A stretch of 64,000 nucleotides of DNA from Candidatus Latescibacterota bacterium. GTDB lineage: Bacteria > Latescibacterota > UBA2968. How positions within the stretch are numbered: the first letter of the stretch is position 1; every line of letters begins with the position of its first letter. Under the pieces are notes generated by a model. It made no database searches. It saw nothing but the letters and a program-made list of their open reading frames with translations, and was not told the origin of the DNA. The DNA lies in assembly GCA_965116885.1 (NCBI GenBank), contig OZ220741.1, positions 2,304,001 through 2,368,000 on the forward strand, in the 5' to 3' direction. Below are positions 18,842 through 28,847 of the stretch, one piece after another. Made by a program: the position numbers and the translations under genes.

Positions 18842-20056
18842 TTAGCCCAATTTCATGCGGTCAATGCCGACTATGCGGTCGTAGAGCAGATAGAGCGCGA
18901 TTACGCATACCAGCAAGATGCCGCCAAGTGCCCCGGCCAGACTCCAGTTGAGCGAGGTCTGCATGTGGTAGGCGATCATGTTGGAGATGAGTTGTCCGGT
19001 GCTGCCGCCTACCAGCGCGGGGGTGATGTAGTAGCCGATGGCGAGGATGAATACCAGCAGCGATCCGGCGCCTACGCCGGGCAGGGTCTGCGGCCAGTAC
19101 ACGCGCCAAAATGCCTGAAAGGAACTCGCCCCCAGCGACGCAGCAGCACTCATCTGGCTCGGTGGGATGGCGCGCATGATGGAGTATAGGGGCAGGATCA
19201 TAAAGGGCAGGAGCACATGGGTCATTGCCACCAGTGTGCCAGTCATGTTGTAGATCATGGCGAGGCGGCCGTTGTCGCCGATTAGCCCAATTGTGACGAG
19301 TAAGTCGTTGATTACGCCCTGGGTCTGGAGCAGTACGATCCAGGATGTGGTTCTCACGAGGAGCGATGTCCAGAAGGGCACGAGTACGAGGATGAGGAGC
19401 AGGTTTGCGATGCGCGGAGGCGAATGCGCGATTAAGTGGGCGATGGGATAGCCGAGCAGCAGGCAGATGGCGGTGATGCCGAGGCTCACGACAAAGGTGC
19501 GCCACAAGAGGGATAGATAGATGCGGCGCTCTGGGGGCTGGCGAGCGATGGATCCGTCAGGCAGGGGTTTCAGGTCGATGGCATTGAGATAGTGCCGCGC
19601 GGTGAAACGGTCCCCAGCACTGCGGATCGCGTGCCAGGTTTGTACATCGCCCCATGCGGTATTAAGGCCGATCATGGCATCGCGATAGGGACCTTCGAGG
19701 ACGTTTTGCAATCCTCTCGCACTGCGCGTGAAGACGCTGCGCAGGCCCGGATGTACGCGGTTGACGCGGGTGGCGACCCGACCCAGCGAGCGATCTGTGC
19801 GCGCTTTTAATAGCTCGCGTGCAGCCGCTGCGTACACTGCCTCATCGGGTGTGCTCTTTCCATCCCACTCTCTCAGAAGACCGAGGGTTTCGGGGAGGGC
19901 ATCGCCTACTGTGGGATCGTACACACTGTGTACGAGCATTGTCGCCAGCGGCGCGATAAAGGTGACGCCAATGAATGCCAATAGCGGCAATACCAATCCC
20001 GTAGCGCGCAGCCGCGGGCGGAGGATGGAGGTTTTTATGTTTGTATCTGGGTTCAT
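18842..20056 (-). CDS. Polyamine-type ABC transporter permease (PotB-like, long form)
   Basis: LGYPIA, PFWTSLLVR, AAASLGA, GYYITPALVGG. Confidence 0.9.
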   Translation of the reverse strand: MNPDTNIKTSILRPRLRATGLVLPLLAFIGVTFIAPLATMLVHSVYDPTVGDALPETLGLLREWDGKSTPDEAVYAAAARELLKARTDRSLGRVATRVNRVHPGLRSVFTRSARGLQNVLEGPYRDAMIGLNTAWGDVQTWHAIRSAGDRFTARHYLNAIDLKPLPDGSIARQPPERRIYLSLLWRTFVVSLGITAICLLLGYPIAHLIAHSPPRIANLLLILVLVPFWTSLLVRTTSWIVLLQTQGVINDLLVTIGLIGDNGRLAMIYNMTGTLVAMTHVLLPFMILPLYSIMRAIPPSQMSAAASLGASSFQAFWRVYWPQTLPGVGAGSLLVFILAIGYYITPALVGGSTGQLISNMIAYHMQTSLNWSLAGALGGILLVCVIALYLLYDRIVGIDRMKLG

Positions 20057-20079
20057 TTTTTAGTACACCGCGATATCTC

Positions 20080-21186
20080 TCACTGAGCCAGCCAGGCACT
20101 GAAGCGTTCGTTCATTTCGTCGATGTGATCGCTCCACCATTCCCAGGAATTTCGCAGGGCGCGCTTAGAATTTTCTGGGCTGTTGGGCATGTGGGGATTC
20201 ATTTCCACGCCTTTCTCGGCGTGTGTCGATATCAGTGCCTCCGCAGAGTGGCGCGTGGGGCTGTAGGCGATGTAACGGCCGACGCCAGCTATGGCTTTCG
20301 CCGTTGCGGCGAAATTGAGAAATTTTTTTGCAGCTTCGAGGTTCCGCGTTCCCGCGACAATGACAAGCCCGCCTGTATCCAGTATTTGCCCGTCCCATAC
20401 GATGACAAAGGGCTGATCTTCCAATACCTGTGCATTGAAGATGCGTCCGTTGTAGGCTGTGGACATCACGACCTCGCCATCGGCGAGCATCTGCGGTGGC
20501 TGTGCCCCGGCTTCCCACCATACGATGTGGTCTTTGATGGTGTCCAACTTGCGGAAAGCGCGGTCCACGCCTTCGGGCGTATTGAGGGTGGGATATACTT
20601 TGTTGAGTGGTACGCCATCGGCGATCAGTGCAAATTCCAGGTTTGCCAGAGGTGTGCGGCGCATGCCTCTGCGTCCGGGGAATTTTTCGAGGTCAAAGAA
20701 ATCGGCCATTGTGGTGGGTTTTTCTCCCGGGATATTCTCTTCGTTGTACGCATATACGGTGGAGTAAAATATCGTTGCCGGACCGCAATCCGTCATCGTG
20801 CCGAGCGGAAAATCCTGTGCCGCAGGCGTTCCATCGGCGCCCGCTGGCAGCGAGTTGACCGGGATGGGTTCGAGCAGGCCCTCGTCACAGCCTCGCACCA
20901 TGTCGGGAATTTCCATATCGACAACATCCCAATGAACATTGCCCGATTCGACCTGTGCGCGGATTTGTGCCAGCCCGCCGTTGTAGTCTTCGAGGTTGAT
21001 TTTAATGCCTGTTTCAGCGGTGAATGCCTCGTGGTAGCCTTTGACGCATGCGCGCGCATAAGATCCGCCCCAGGAGACCACGGTCAGCGGTCTATCGTTG
21101 GCAATTGCACGATCTGAGGTCCATATCGCCAGTGCGGTCAGTACAGTTAGATAAAATGCCGTTTTACGCGTGTTTTTCCACTTCAA
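20080..21186 (-). CDS. Polyamine-type ABC substrate-binding protein, copy 1
   Basis: TTG start with AGGAGG RBS; signal peptide ending AIA; LTVVSWGGSY, FFDLEKFPGRRG, AYNGR. Confidence 0.9.
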   Translation of the reverse strand: MKWKNTRKTAFYLTVLTALAIWTSDRAIANDRPLTVVSWGGSYARACVKGYHEAFTAETGIKINLEDYNGGLAQIRAQVESGNVHWDVVDMEIPDMVRGCDEGLLEPIPVNSLPAGADGTPAAQDFPLGTMTDCGPATIFYSTVYAYNEENIPGEKPTTMADFFDLEKFPGRRGMRRTPLANLEFALIADGVPLNKVYPTLNTPEGVDRAFRKLDTIKDHIVWWEAGAQPPQMLADGEVVMSTAYNGRIFNAQVLEDQPFVIVWDGQILDTGGLVIVAGTRNLEAAKKFLNFAATAKAIAGVGRYIAYSPTRHSAEALISTHAEKGVEMNPHMPNSPENSKRALRNSWEWWSDHIDEMNERFSAWLAQ

Positions 21187-21223
21187 GTTATGTCCTCCTT
21201 TTACGGTATGAATAGAATATCCC

Positions 21224-22324
21224 TTACTGCGCCAGCCAGGTGCTGAAGCGTTCGTTCATTTCATCGATATGAACGCTCCACCATTCCCAGGCATTTCGCA
21301 GGGCGCGCTTAGAATTTTGCGGGCTGTTGGGCATGTGGGGTTTCATATCAATGTCCTTTTCGGCATGTTTCGATATCAGTGCCTCCGCAGAGTGGCGCGT
21401 GGGGCTGTAGGCAATGTGGCTACCGACACCGGCCATGGCTTTCGCTGTTGAGGCGAAATTGAGAAATTTCTTTGCGGCTTCGAGGTTCGGCGTTCCCGCG
21501 ACAATGGCGAGACCAGATAGATCCAGTATTTGTCCGTCCCACACGATGACAAAGGGCTGATTTTCCAATACCTGTGCATTGAAGATGCGCCCGTTGTAAG
21601 CCGTGGTCATGACCACCTCGCCATCGGCGAGCATCTGTGGCGGCTGTGCTCCAGCTTCCCACCATACGATGTGGTCTTTGATGGTGTCTAACTTGCGAAA
21701 GGCGCGATCTACGCCTTCGGGCGTATCGAGGGTGGCATATATCTTGTTGAGCGGTACGCCGTCTGCGATTAGTGCGAATTCCAGGTTCTCCTGGGGTGAG
21801 CGGCGCATGCCCCGTCTTCCGGGGAATTTTTCGAGGTCAAAGAAGTCGGCCATTGTGGTGGGTTTTTCTCCCGGGATATTTTCTTTGTTGTACGCGTATA
21901 TGGTGGAGTAAAACAGTGTTGCTACGCCACAGTCTGTCGATGTCCCGAACAGGAAATCTTCTTCCGCAGGCGTTCCATCGGCTCCCGGTGGCAGCGAGTC
22001 GATCTCAACGTGTTCGAGCAGGCCCTCATCGCAGCCTTGCGCCCATGTCGGGAATCTCAAATCGACAACATCCCAATGCACATTGCCCGCCTGAATCTGT
22101 GCGCGAATCTGCGCCAGCCCGCCGTTGTAGTCTTCGAGGTTGATTTTAATGCCTGTTTCAGCGGTAAATGCCTCGTGGTAGCCTTTGACGCAGGCGCGTG
22201 CATAAGATCCGCCCCAGGAGACCACAGTCAGCGGTCGGTCTTCCAAAAAATTACAGCCCAGAGTCAACATCGCCAGCGCGGTTATTACCGCGGTGCATAA
22301 CGTCTTTCTCTGTTTGGTATTCAT
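21224..22324 (-). CDS. Polyamine-type ABC substrate-binding protein, copy 2 (lipoprotein)
   Basis: Close tandem paralog of 20080-21186; lipobox LTLGC. Confidence 0.9.
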   Translation of the reverse strand: MNTKQRKTLCTAVITALAMLTLGCNFLEDRPLTVVSWGGSYARACVKGYHEAFTAETGIKINLEDYNGGLAQIRAQIQAGNVHWDVVDLRFPTWAQGCDEGLLEHVEIDSLPPGADGTPAEEDFLFGTSTDCGVATLFYSTIYAYNKENIPGEKPTTMADFFDLEKFPGRRGMRRSPQENLEFALIADGVPLNKIYATLDTPEGVDRAFRKLDTIKDHIVWWEAGAQPPQMLADGEVVMTTAYNGRIFNAQVLENQPFVIVWDGQILDLSGLAIVAGTPNLEAAKKFLNFASTAKAMAGVGSHIAYSPTRHSAEALISKHAEKDIDMKPHMPNSPQNSKRALRNAWEWWSVHIDEMNERFSTWLAQ

Positions 22325-22327
22325 GTC

Positions 22328-23431
22328 TTAATCCTCCTCGTCGTCCGGGTCGAGTACCCGACAGTCTGTTGGTGTCCAGCCGATGCGAATTTTATCGCCT
22401 TTCAACACGGCTCCGTGTCCCACGATATTGGGTATTTTTGCGATGAATTCCAAGGACTCGCACACGTTCAGGCGAAAGCGCAGATGGTCGCCCAGAAAGG
22501 TGATGTCCTCGACTTTTGCTTCGAGTTCATTGGTGTACAGACCCGGTTCGGGTTCAATGGCGACGCGTTCCGGGCGAATCGACAGCGTGGTGGCGTCGCC
22601 GATCTGGCAAGGTGCAATGCGCAACGCATGGATGATTTGCCCGCCGGTTTCCACTTCGCAGATGTCCCCTATTACTTTTTTTACGCGGCCGTGCAGGCGG
22701 TTGTTTTCGCCGATGAAGCGGGCTACAAATGAACGCTCTGGCTCTTCGTAGAGGGCCTCGGGTTCGGCAATTTGCTGGATGTCTCCCCCGCGCAGGACAG
22801 CGATGCGGTTCGACATTACCATGGCCTCTTGCTGGTCGTGCGTGACGTAAACAATAGTTACGCCGAGACTCTGGTGGATATGGCGGATCTCGTACTGCAT
22901 CTCCTCGCGCAGGCGCCGGTCAAGTGCGCCGAGGGGTTCGTCCATTAGCACCAGATCGGGTTCAAATACCAGTGCGCGGGCGATTGCCACGCGTTGCTGC
23001 TGACCGCCAGAGAGTTGGTTGGGCCGGCGGTCTTCCAGGCCGCTGAGGCGAACCAGGTCCAGGGCACGCGCTACGCGTTCGCGACACTGCTCGCGGTCAA
23101 ATCCGCGCACTTCAAGGGGAAAAGCGAGGTTGCCGCCCACTGTCATGTGTGGGAAGAGGGCGTAGTTCTGAAATACCATGCCAATGCCTCGCCTGCGCGG
23201 GGGCAGTGTGTGTACAGAACGCCCGTCAATGCGGATATCGCCCGATGTGGGTGTCTCAAAGCCAGCGAGCATCATCAGGCAGGTCGTTTTCCCCGATCCG
23301 GATGGGCCGAGCAGGGTTAGAAATTCGCCCCTGTGGACGCTGAAGTTGACGTTTTGGACAATTAGTGTGCGTCCGTCGTAACTTTTGCAGACATTCTCAA
23401 ATTCGACGTAGGCGTTATTGTTTGAGGACAT
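22328..23431 (-). CDS. Polyamine-type ABC ATP-binding protein (PotA-like)
   Basis: GPSGSGKT, LSGGQQQR, MDEP, C-terminal TOBE region; start placed at MSSNNN behind AAGGA. Confidence 0.92.
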   Translation of the reverse strand: MSSNNNAYVEFENVCKSYDGRTLIVQNVNFSVHRGEFLTLLGPSGSGKTTCLMMLAGFETPTSGDIRIDGRSVHTLPPRRRGIGMVFQNYALFPHMTVGGNLAFPLEVRGFDREQCRERVARALDLVRLSGLEDRRPNQLSGGQQQRVAIARALVFEPDLVLMDEPLGALDRRLREEMQYEIRHIHQSLGVTIVYVTHDQQEAMVMSNRIAVLRGGDIQQIAEPEALYEEPERSFVARFIGENNRLHGRVKKVIGDICEVETGGQIIHALRIAPCQIGDATTLSIRPERVAIEPEPGLYTNELEAKVEDITFLGDHLRFRLNVCESLEFIAKIPNIVGHGAVLKGDKIRIGWTPTDCRVLDPDDEED

Positions 23432-23610
23432 TCCCGTGTCCTTATCCGAAGTACAGAAAGCACAGATCGACAAGCTGGCGGAATCAAGATTTGAAGTAAA
23501 TTCAATATTACTCAAATGTCAACGTCTTTCCTCTTTCGCCATGTCGCGCTTCGCTATATATTTTAGAAGCTATCATCAACATTTATTATTTTTGGGAGGA
23601 GTCAGATTAT

Positions 23611-24375
23611 ATGCGGTACAAACGCGTTGTTCTCAAACTCAGTGGTGGCGCTGTTTCAGGTGCTCTGGAATCGGGATTTGACCCGGAGGCACTCGAACAT
23701 ATTGCCGACGAGATTCTCGATATTCACAGCCGGGGCATTGAAATCGGTATTGTTATTGGCGGGGGCAATATTTTTCGGGGCGAGCAGAGTGTGCGGTGGG
23801 GTATTGAACGCTCCGAAGCCGATAATATCGGCATGCTCGGCACGATTATCAACAGCCTGATGCTGCGCGGTGTGCTCAATGCCAAAAGCGATGCTGAGGT
23901 GCGCGTGATGACCGCGATTCCGATTAACGCAGTCGCAGAACCCTTTATTCGGCTGGTTGCTGCTCGACATCTCGATAAGGGGTATATTGTCATTTTTGCC
24001 GGTGGTATTGGCAATCCCTTTCTCACGACAGATTATCCCGGCGTACAGCGCGCGCTCGAGGTTCGCGCAGAAGCTATTTTGTTTGCCAAGCACAAAACCA
24101 ATGGCATTTATACAGACGATCCGAATAAAAATACCGATGCCAGGCTCTATCGCCGCATCAATCACGATACAATTATTCAAAAGAATCTGGGTGCTCTGGA
24201 TCAGTCTGCGGTGATTCTCGCGCGAGACCATCATTTGCCGATTCACGTTTTTGACTTTGAACAAAAAGGCATGATGCGCCGCATTGTGGAGGGCGAGGAT
24301 GTCGGTACTCTGATTGCCCAAACGCCAGAAGATGTGCTTGAGGAAGAAACAGTCACCCAGGAGAATTCCATATGA
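23611..24375 (+). CDS. pyrH: UMP kinase
   Basis: YKRVVLKLSG, GGGNIFRG, GMLGTIINS, GNPFLTTD. Confidence 0.9.
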   Translation: MRYKRVVLKLSGGAVSGALESGFDPEALEHIADEILDIHSRGIEIGIVIGGGNIFRGEQSVRWGIERSEADNIGMLGTIINSLMLRGVLNAKSDAEVRVMTAIPINAVAEPFIRLVAARHLDKGYIVIFAGGIGNPFLTTDYPGVQRALEVRAEAILFAKHKTNGIYTDDPNKNTDARLYRRINHDTIIQKNLGALDQSAVILARDHHLPIHVFDFEQKGMMRRIVEGEDVGTLIAQTPEDVLEEETVTQENSI

Positions 24376-25646
24376 AACTCCTCGTCGTTGGTAGAGGCGG
24401 GCGCGAACACGCCTTTGTCTGGAAACTTGCCCAGAGCAACAAGGTCACCAGGTTATACGCAGCACCCGGAAGCCCGGGTATGGCGCAATATGCCGAATGT
24501 GTCGATATTTCGGATAGCGATCTCAATGGTCTGGCAGATTTTGCACAACGAGAGGGCATTGACATTTCGGTCATCGGTCCTGAAGCCCCTCTTGCAGATG
24601 GTATTGTCGATGTTTTCGCGGAACGGGGTCTCGCTGTTTTTGGTCCGACACAGGCAGCGGCGCAAATTGAAGCGGACAAAGACTTTGCGCTTGAACTTAT
24701 GCACAAATACGATATTCCAACAGGTGCTTACGAAACTTTTGTGGATGCTGAAACGGCTAAAGAACGGCTCAGGGAATGGCAACACCCGCTCTATCTCAAG
24801 GTGAGCGGTCTCGCTGCGGGCAAAGGGGCGATTTATTGTGAGACGCTGCAAGATTCGTATAAAACTGTGGATGAAGTGATGGTGCAACGCGTTTTTGGAG
24901 ATTCGGGTGATAAGCTCGTTGCAATGGAGTTGCTCGAAGGGGAAGAAGCGTCGATATTTGGATTTTCAGATGGGGAAAATGTTGTTTGTGTTGTGCCTTC
25001 GCAAGACCACAAGACGATTGGCGAGGGCGATGTGGGTCTCAATACGGGCGGTATGGGTGCGTATGCCCCTGCTCCGATTATTACGCCTGAACTTTTTGAC
25101 GATATTGTTCAGCGTATTATGAAGCGCACGGTACACGCCCTGGCACAGGAGGATCGTCCATACAAAGGCATTCTCTACGGTGGTATTATTGTCACGGCTG
25201 ATGGTCCCAAAGTAATTGAATTTAACTGCCGCATGGGCGATCCAGAAACGCAGGTGGTTCTCCCATTGATCAAAACCGATTTCGTAGATATAATTGAGGC
25301 TGTGTGCAATGGTTCGGTGGCGGATCTCAATATTGAACTCGACAACCGCGCGGCGACCTGCGTGGTTATGGCTTCGGGGGGCTATCCCGAAGCTTATGAT
25401 ACGGGTTTTCCCATTTCCGGGATTGATCGCGCCGAGGCACCGGGCGATGTGATCGTTTTTCACGCTGGCACGGGACGCGAAGACGGTCAACTCGTCACCA
25501 ATGGGGGGCGCGTTATCGGCGTTACTGCAATCGGCGATACGATCAAATCTTCTATTGATCGCGCTTATGAAGCCGTGAGCAAAATTAATTTTGACAGAGC
25601 CTATTTTCGAAGGGATATTGGACATCGCGCTTTGACAAGTGCGTGA
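24372..25646 (+). CDS. purD: Phosphoribosylamine--glycine ligase
   Basis: GGREHA, GPEAPL, GLAAGKG, NTGGMGAY, EFNCRMGDPE, TNGGRV. Confidence 0.97.
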   Translation: MKLLVVGRGGREHAFVWKLAQSNKVTRLYAAPGSPGMAQYAECVDISDSDLNGLADFAQREGIDISVIGPEAPLADGIVDVFAERGLAVFGPTQAAAQIEADKDFALELMHKYDIPTGAYETFVDAETAKERLREWQHPLYLKVSGLAAGKGAIYCETLQDSYKTVDEVMVQRVFGDSGDKLVAMELLEGEEASIFGFSDGENVVCVVPSQDHKTIGEGDVGLNTGGMGAYAPAPIITPELFDDIVQRIMKRTVHALAQEDRPYKGILYGGIIVTADGPKVIEFNCRMGDPETQVVLPLIKTDFVDIIEAVCNGSVADLNIELDNRAATCVVMASGGYPEAYDTGFPISGIDRAEAPGDVIVFHAGTGREDGQLVTNGGRVIGVTAIGDTIKSSIDRAYEAVSKINFDRAYFRRDIGHRALTSA

Positions 25647-25681
25647 GTGAGAGGGTTCCTCTTACAATGAGGAGGTAAAAA

Positions 25682-25945
25682 ATGGCACTTATAGAACATG
25701 GTAAGGTACAAGATGGGAGTATTTTGCTCTCCAAACCTTTGCCCTTGCCCGAAGGGACAGAAGTGGTCATACATGTTGAACCGATTAACTCTGCTCGCGA
25801 AAGCACCACATTCGATGAGCACGAAAATTTTACCGCCTTACCTTTCTTTGGTATGTGGGCGGAACGCGAAGACATGAGTGATAGCGCATCATGGGTGCGA
25901 AAGGAAAGAAAAAAGTGGCGCCAACGAATCATACCCCAGGATTAA
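25682..25945 (+). CDS. Small protein resembling a type II antitoxin (DUF104-like N-terminus)
   Basis: GAGGAGG RBS; GKVQDG.ILL..PL.LPEGTEV and FFGMWAEREDM..S..WVR motifs, as seen in small genes upstream of PIN toxins. Confidence 0.6.
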   Translation: MALIEHGKVQDGSILLSKPLPLPEGTEVVIHVEPINSARESTTFDEHENFTALPFFGMWAEREDMSDSASWVRKERKKWRQRIIPQD

Positions 25946-26034
25946 CGGTCATTCGTCCATACTGAACACGAGTTTTATTTTTCAACCAATTTGGCTACTA
26001 AGCGTTATAACGTGTATATTTCTGGAGGCATACG

Positions 26035-27132
26035 ATGTCTTACAAAGCAGCGGTTATTGGTCTGGGGCGTATGGGCAGTACATTTGATGACGAAATCACG
26101 CAGGGCGGGTCTATTTTCTTACCCTATTGCCATGGTCCCACTTATTGTGCGCATCCGCAAACCGATCTCGTTGCTGGGGCTGATCCCCACGATGAGCAGC
26201 GCGCTCTGTTTGGCGAGCGGTGGGGTGTTGATAGCGACCATTTGTATGCCAATCATCGCGATTTGCTGGAAAAGGCAAGACCCGATATCGTCAGTGTGAC
26301 CACCACAGCGCGTTACCGTCCGCAAATTGTACTGGACGCTGTTGAGGCTGGTGTGAAAGCCTTGTGGGTGGAAAAACCCATTGCCTTTAGTCTGGAAGAA
26401 GCCGATGCTATGGTCAATGCTTGCCTGGAAAATGGCGTTCCCATCGCCGTGTATTGCTCGCGTCGTTACAATCCCTATTTCAGTGAAGCTCGTCGCATGA
26501 TCGAAGCGGGGGAGCTTGGCGATATTCTCCAGATTACGGCTTATGCCCAGTGCGGTTTGTCACACAATGGCAGTCATGCGATTGATACCATTCGCTATCT
26601 CGCTGGTGGCGATGTTTCATGGGTTTTTGGCGAGATGGCGTCGGATGGGGAAGCTGCATCTGATGACGATCTGATGGGCAATGGGTATATTGCTTTTAAC
26701 AATGGCGTTCGGGCGTATCTTCGCGGGACATCGACAGGTGTTGCTTCCTGGGAATTTGATATTATTGGGACAAAGGGCAGGGTTCGCACGTTATCGGATG
26801 CGCTTGAGTTTGAGTTTTTCCAGAGGGTTTCGGGCGGCCTGGGGAACCGGGGTGTCCCCGCGCGGTCCCCTTTCCCGCAGCCAGCGCGTCCCGTGGGTCA
26901 GGGTATTACGACTGTGGATGATTTGATTGATGCTATGGAGAATAACCGTCCGCCGCGTTGCTCTGGAGCCGATGGTCGCGCTGCTCTGGAGGTTGCTATT
27001 GCACTTCGGGAATCCCATCGCCGTGGCGGTGCCCGCATTGACCTGCCCATTGAAGACAGGTCGCTCAAAATTTTTTCCAGCGAGACCCAAGCTGACCACA
27101 CACCTGCGCGCGTGCGCCGGTTGAATCAATAA
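26035..27132 (+). CDS. Gfo/Idh/MocA family oxidoreductase
   Basis: VIGLGRMG, VEKPIA, HNGSHAID. Confidence 0.9.
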   Translation: MSYKAAVIGLGRMGSTFDDEITQGGSIFLPYCHGPTYCAHPQTDLVAGADPHDEQRALFGERWGVDSDHLYANHRDLLEKARPDIVSVTTTARYRPQIVLDAVEAGVKALWVEKPIAFSLEEADAMVNACLENGVPIAVYCSRRYNPYFSEARRMIEAGELGDILQITAYAQCGLSHNGSHAIDTIRYLAGGDVSWVFGEMASDGEAASDDDLMGNGYIAFNNGVRAYLRGTSTGVASWEFDIIGTKGRVRTLSDALEFEFFQRVSGGLGNRGVPARSPFPQPARPVGQGITTVDDLIDAMENNRPPRCSGADGRAALEVAIALRESHRRGGARIDLPIEDRSLKIFSSETQADHTPARVRRLNQ

Positions 27133-27159
27133 ACAAAGCCAAACCAAAGGAGATATTTT

Positions 27160-27615
27160 ATGGCAGACCCAGTTGTTGGCATTATTATGGGCAGTTCTTC
27201 GGATGAACCCACGATGGTAAAAGGCTGCGCCATTCTCGACGAACTCCAGATTCCCTACGATATGATTGTATGTTCCGCCCATCGCAATCCCGAGCGTACC
27301 GCTGAATACGCCAGTACGGCAAAGGCGCGTGGTCTGAAGGTGATCATTGCAGGTGCTGGATTGGCCGCAGCACTACCCGGTGTGATTGCCGCGCATACGA
27401 CTTTGCCGGTTGTTGGCGTTCCATGCGCTTCGGGTGCGCTCAACGGCGTTGATGCGTTATACGCTATTGTTCAGATGCCTCCGGGGGTTCCCGTTGCGAC
27501 TGTGGGTATTGACAATGCGCGCAATGCCGCTGTGCTGGCAGCGCAAATTCTCGCGCTTTCAGACGAGGGCATACAAGAGCGCCTGCAAGCCTATAAAGAT
27601 GCTCTGGGAGGATAA
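27160..27615 (+). CDS. purE: N5-CAIR mutase
   Basis: IIMGSSSD, SAHR, AGAGLAAALPG, VQMPPGVPVATV. Confidence 0.97.
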   Translation: MADPVVGIIMGSSSDEPTMVKGCAILDELQIPYDMIVCSAHRNPERTAEYASTAKARGLKVIIAGAGLAAALPGVIAAHTTLPVVGVPCASGALNGVDALYAIVQMPPGVPVATVGIDNARNAAVLAAQILALSDEGIQERLQAYKDALGG

Positions 27616-27631
27616 TACACGGAGGTCTTTT

Positions 27632-28144
27632 TTGAAACGACATATATTTGTTTTTGTTGCTCTTCTTTTGGTAAGCTGCGACGCGCCCGAAACAGATCGC
27701 GCATCGAATACGGACCAGTATCTCATTCCCGCGACGGCAGAGGAGATTCTCAAGGATGTGAAAAATACCGATGCCAGGGTCGTTCTCGTCAATGTCTGGG
27801 CAACGTGGTGTCCACCATGTGTTGAAGAGTTTCCAGATTTGATGGCCGTTTATAATCAGTACAAAGACCAGGGCTTAAAGCTCGTCTTTATTTCTGCTGA
27901 TTCCGAAGGTCAGGCCGATGGCGCGATTGCCTTTCTCAAAGCGCACGGTGTTGACTTTCCGAGCTATATCAAGTTGAAGAGCGATGGAGCGTTTATCAAT
28001 ACATTAGATCCCGACTGGTGGGGCGCAATACCCGCGACCTGGCTATACGACAGTGCGGGCAATAAACGCCATTTTTGGCTCGGGAAGACCTCGCGCGAAC
28101 AATTTGAAGCGAAAATACGCGATGTATTGATGGAGGGCGGTTAA
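27632..28144 (+). CDS. TlpA/ResA-like thiol-disulfide oxidoreductase lipoprotein
   Basis: WATWCPPC; lipobox LVSC; start moved to TTG 27632 behind GGAGG. Confidence 0.88.
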   Translation: MKRHIFVFVALLLVSCDAPETDRASNTDQYLIPATAEEILKDVKNTDARVVLVNVWATWCPPCVEEFPDLMAVYNQYKDQGLKLVFISADSEGQADGAIAFLKAHGVDFPSYIKLKSDGAFINTLDPDWWGAIPATWLYDSAGNKRHFWLGKTSREQFEAKIRDVLMEGG

Positions 28145-28218
28145 GGGATACTTTGGGCGTGTCTGTCCAACATGAAGACTATAGATATTCTCATACCACC
28201 AAATATCAGGAGGATTCC

Positions 28219-28830
28219 ATGCGTAAATTATTAGCCATTGCACTTGTCGCAACGATGGGTTTCAATGCCGACGCGGGCAAAAGCGAAACTCTCGCATTGG
28301 GCGCGGAAGCACCGGCAACTGACCTGGAGATGAAGGGCACGGATGGTAAGATGTACACTCTGGAGAGCGTGCGGGGAGAGAAGGGTACTCTGGTGATTTT
28401 TTCGTGCAATTCCTGTCCCTGGGCGGTCAAATGGGAAAGCCGCGTAGCCAGTATTGGCAATGCGTATCGCGGCAAGGGTTTTGGTGTTATTGTGATTAAT
28501 CCCAATGATCCCAAACGCGCTGCCGTAGATGGTTTTGACGAGATGGTCGCGCGCGCCAAAACGCTGTCTTACGAGTTTCCCTATGTGGTCGATCCCGCAT
28601 CCCAGGTCGCGCGCGCATTTGGCGCCAGCCGCACGCCAGAAATTTTTCTTTTTAATGACAAAGGCAAGCTGGCGTATCACGGCGCGATTGATGATAATGC
28701 TTCGGATGCCAATGCCGTGGAAGCGGCGTACCTAAAAGACGCGCTGGATGCATTGTTGGCTGGAGAAGCGATTTCAATATCCGAGACCAAAGCTCTCGGG
28801 TGTAGCATCAAGTTTAACGAAGATTCGTAG
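28219..28830 (+). CDS. Secreted thioredoxin-fold (AhpC/TSA-like) redoxin
   Basis: FSCNSCPW, A.RTPE, YHGAIDD, GCSIK; signal peptide; AGGAGG RBS. Confidence 0.88.
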   Translation: MRKLLAIALVATMGFNADAGKSETLALGAEAPATDLEMKGTDGKMYTLESVRGEKGTLVIFSCNSCPWAVKWESRVASIGNAYRGKGFGVIVINPNDPKRAAVDGFDEMVARAKTLSYEFPYVVDPASQVARAFGASRTPEIFLFNDKGKLAYHGAIDDNASDANAVEAAYLKDALDALLAGEAISISETKALGCSIKFNEDS

Positions 28831-28847
28831 GGAAGGAGGATGAGAAG

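Noticed and set aside
23495..23522. Minus-strand TTGACA upstream of the potA-like gene
   Set aside because: No convincing -10 at 16-18 nt spacing.
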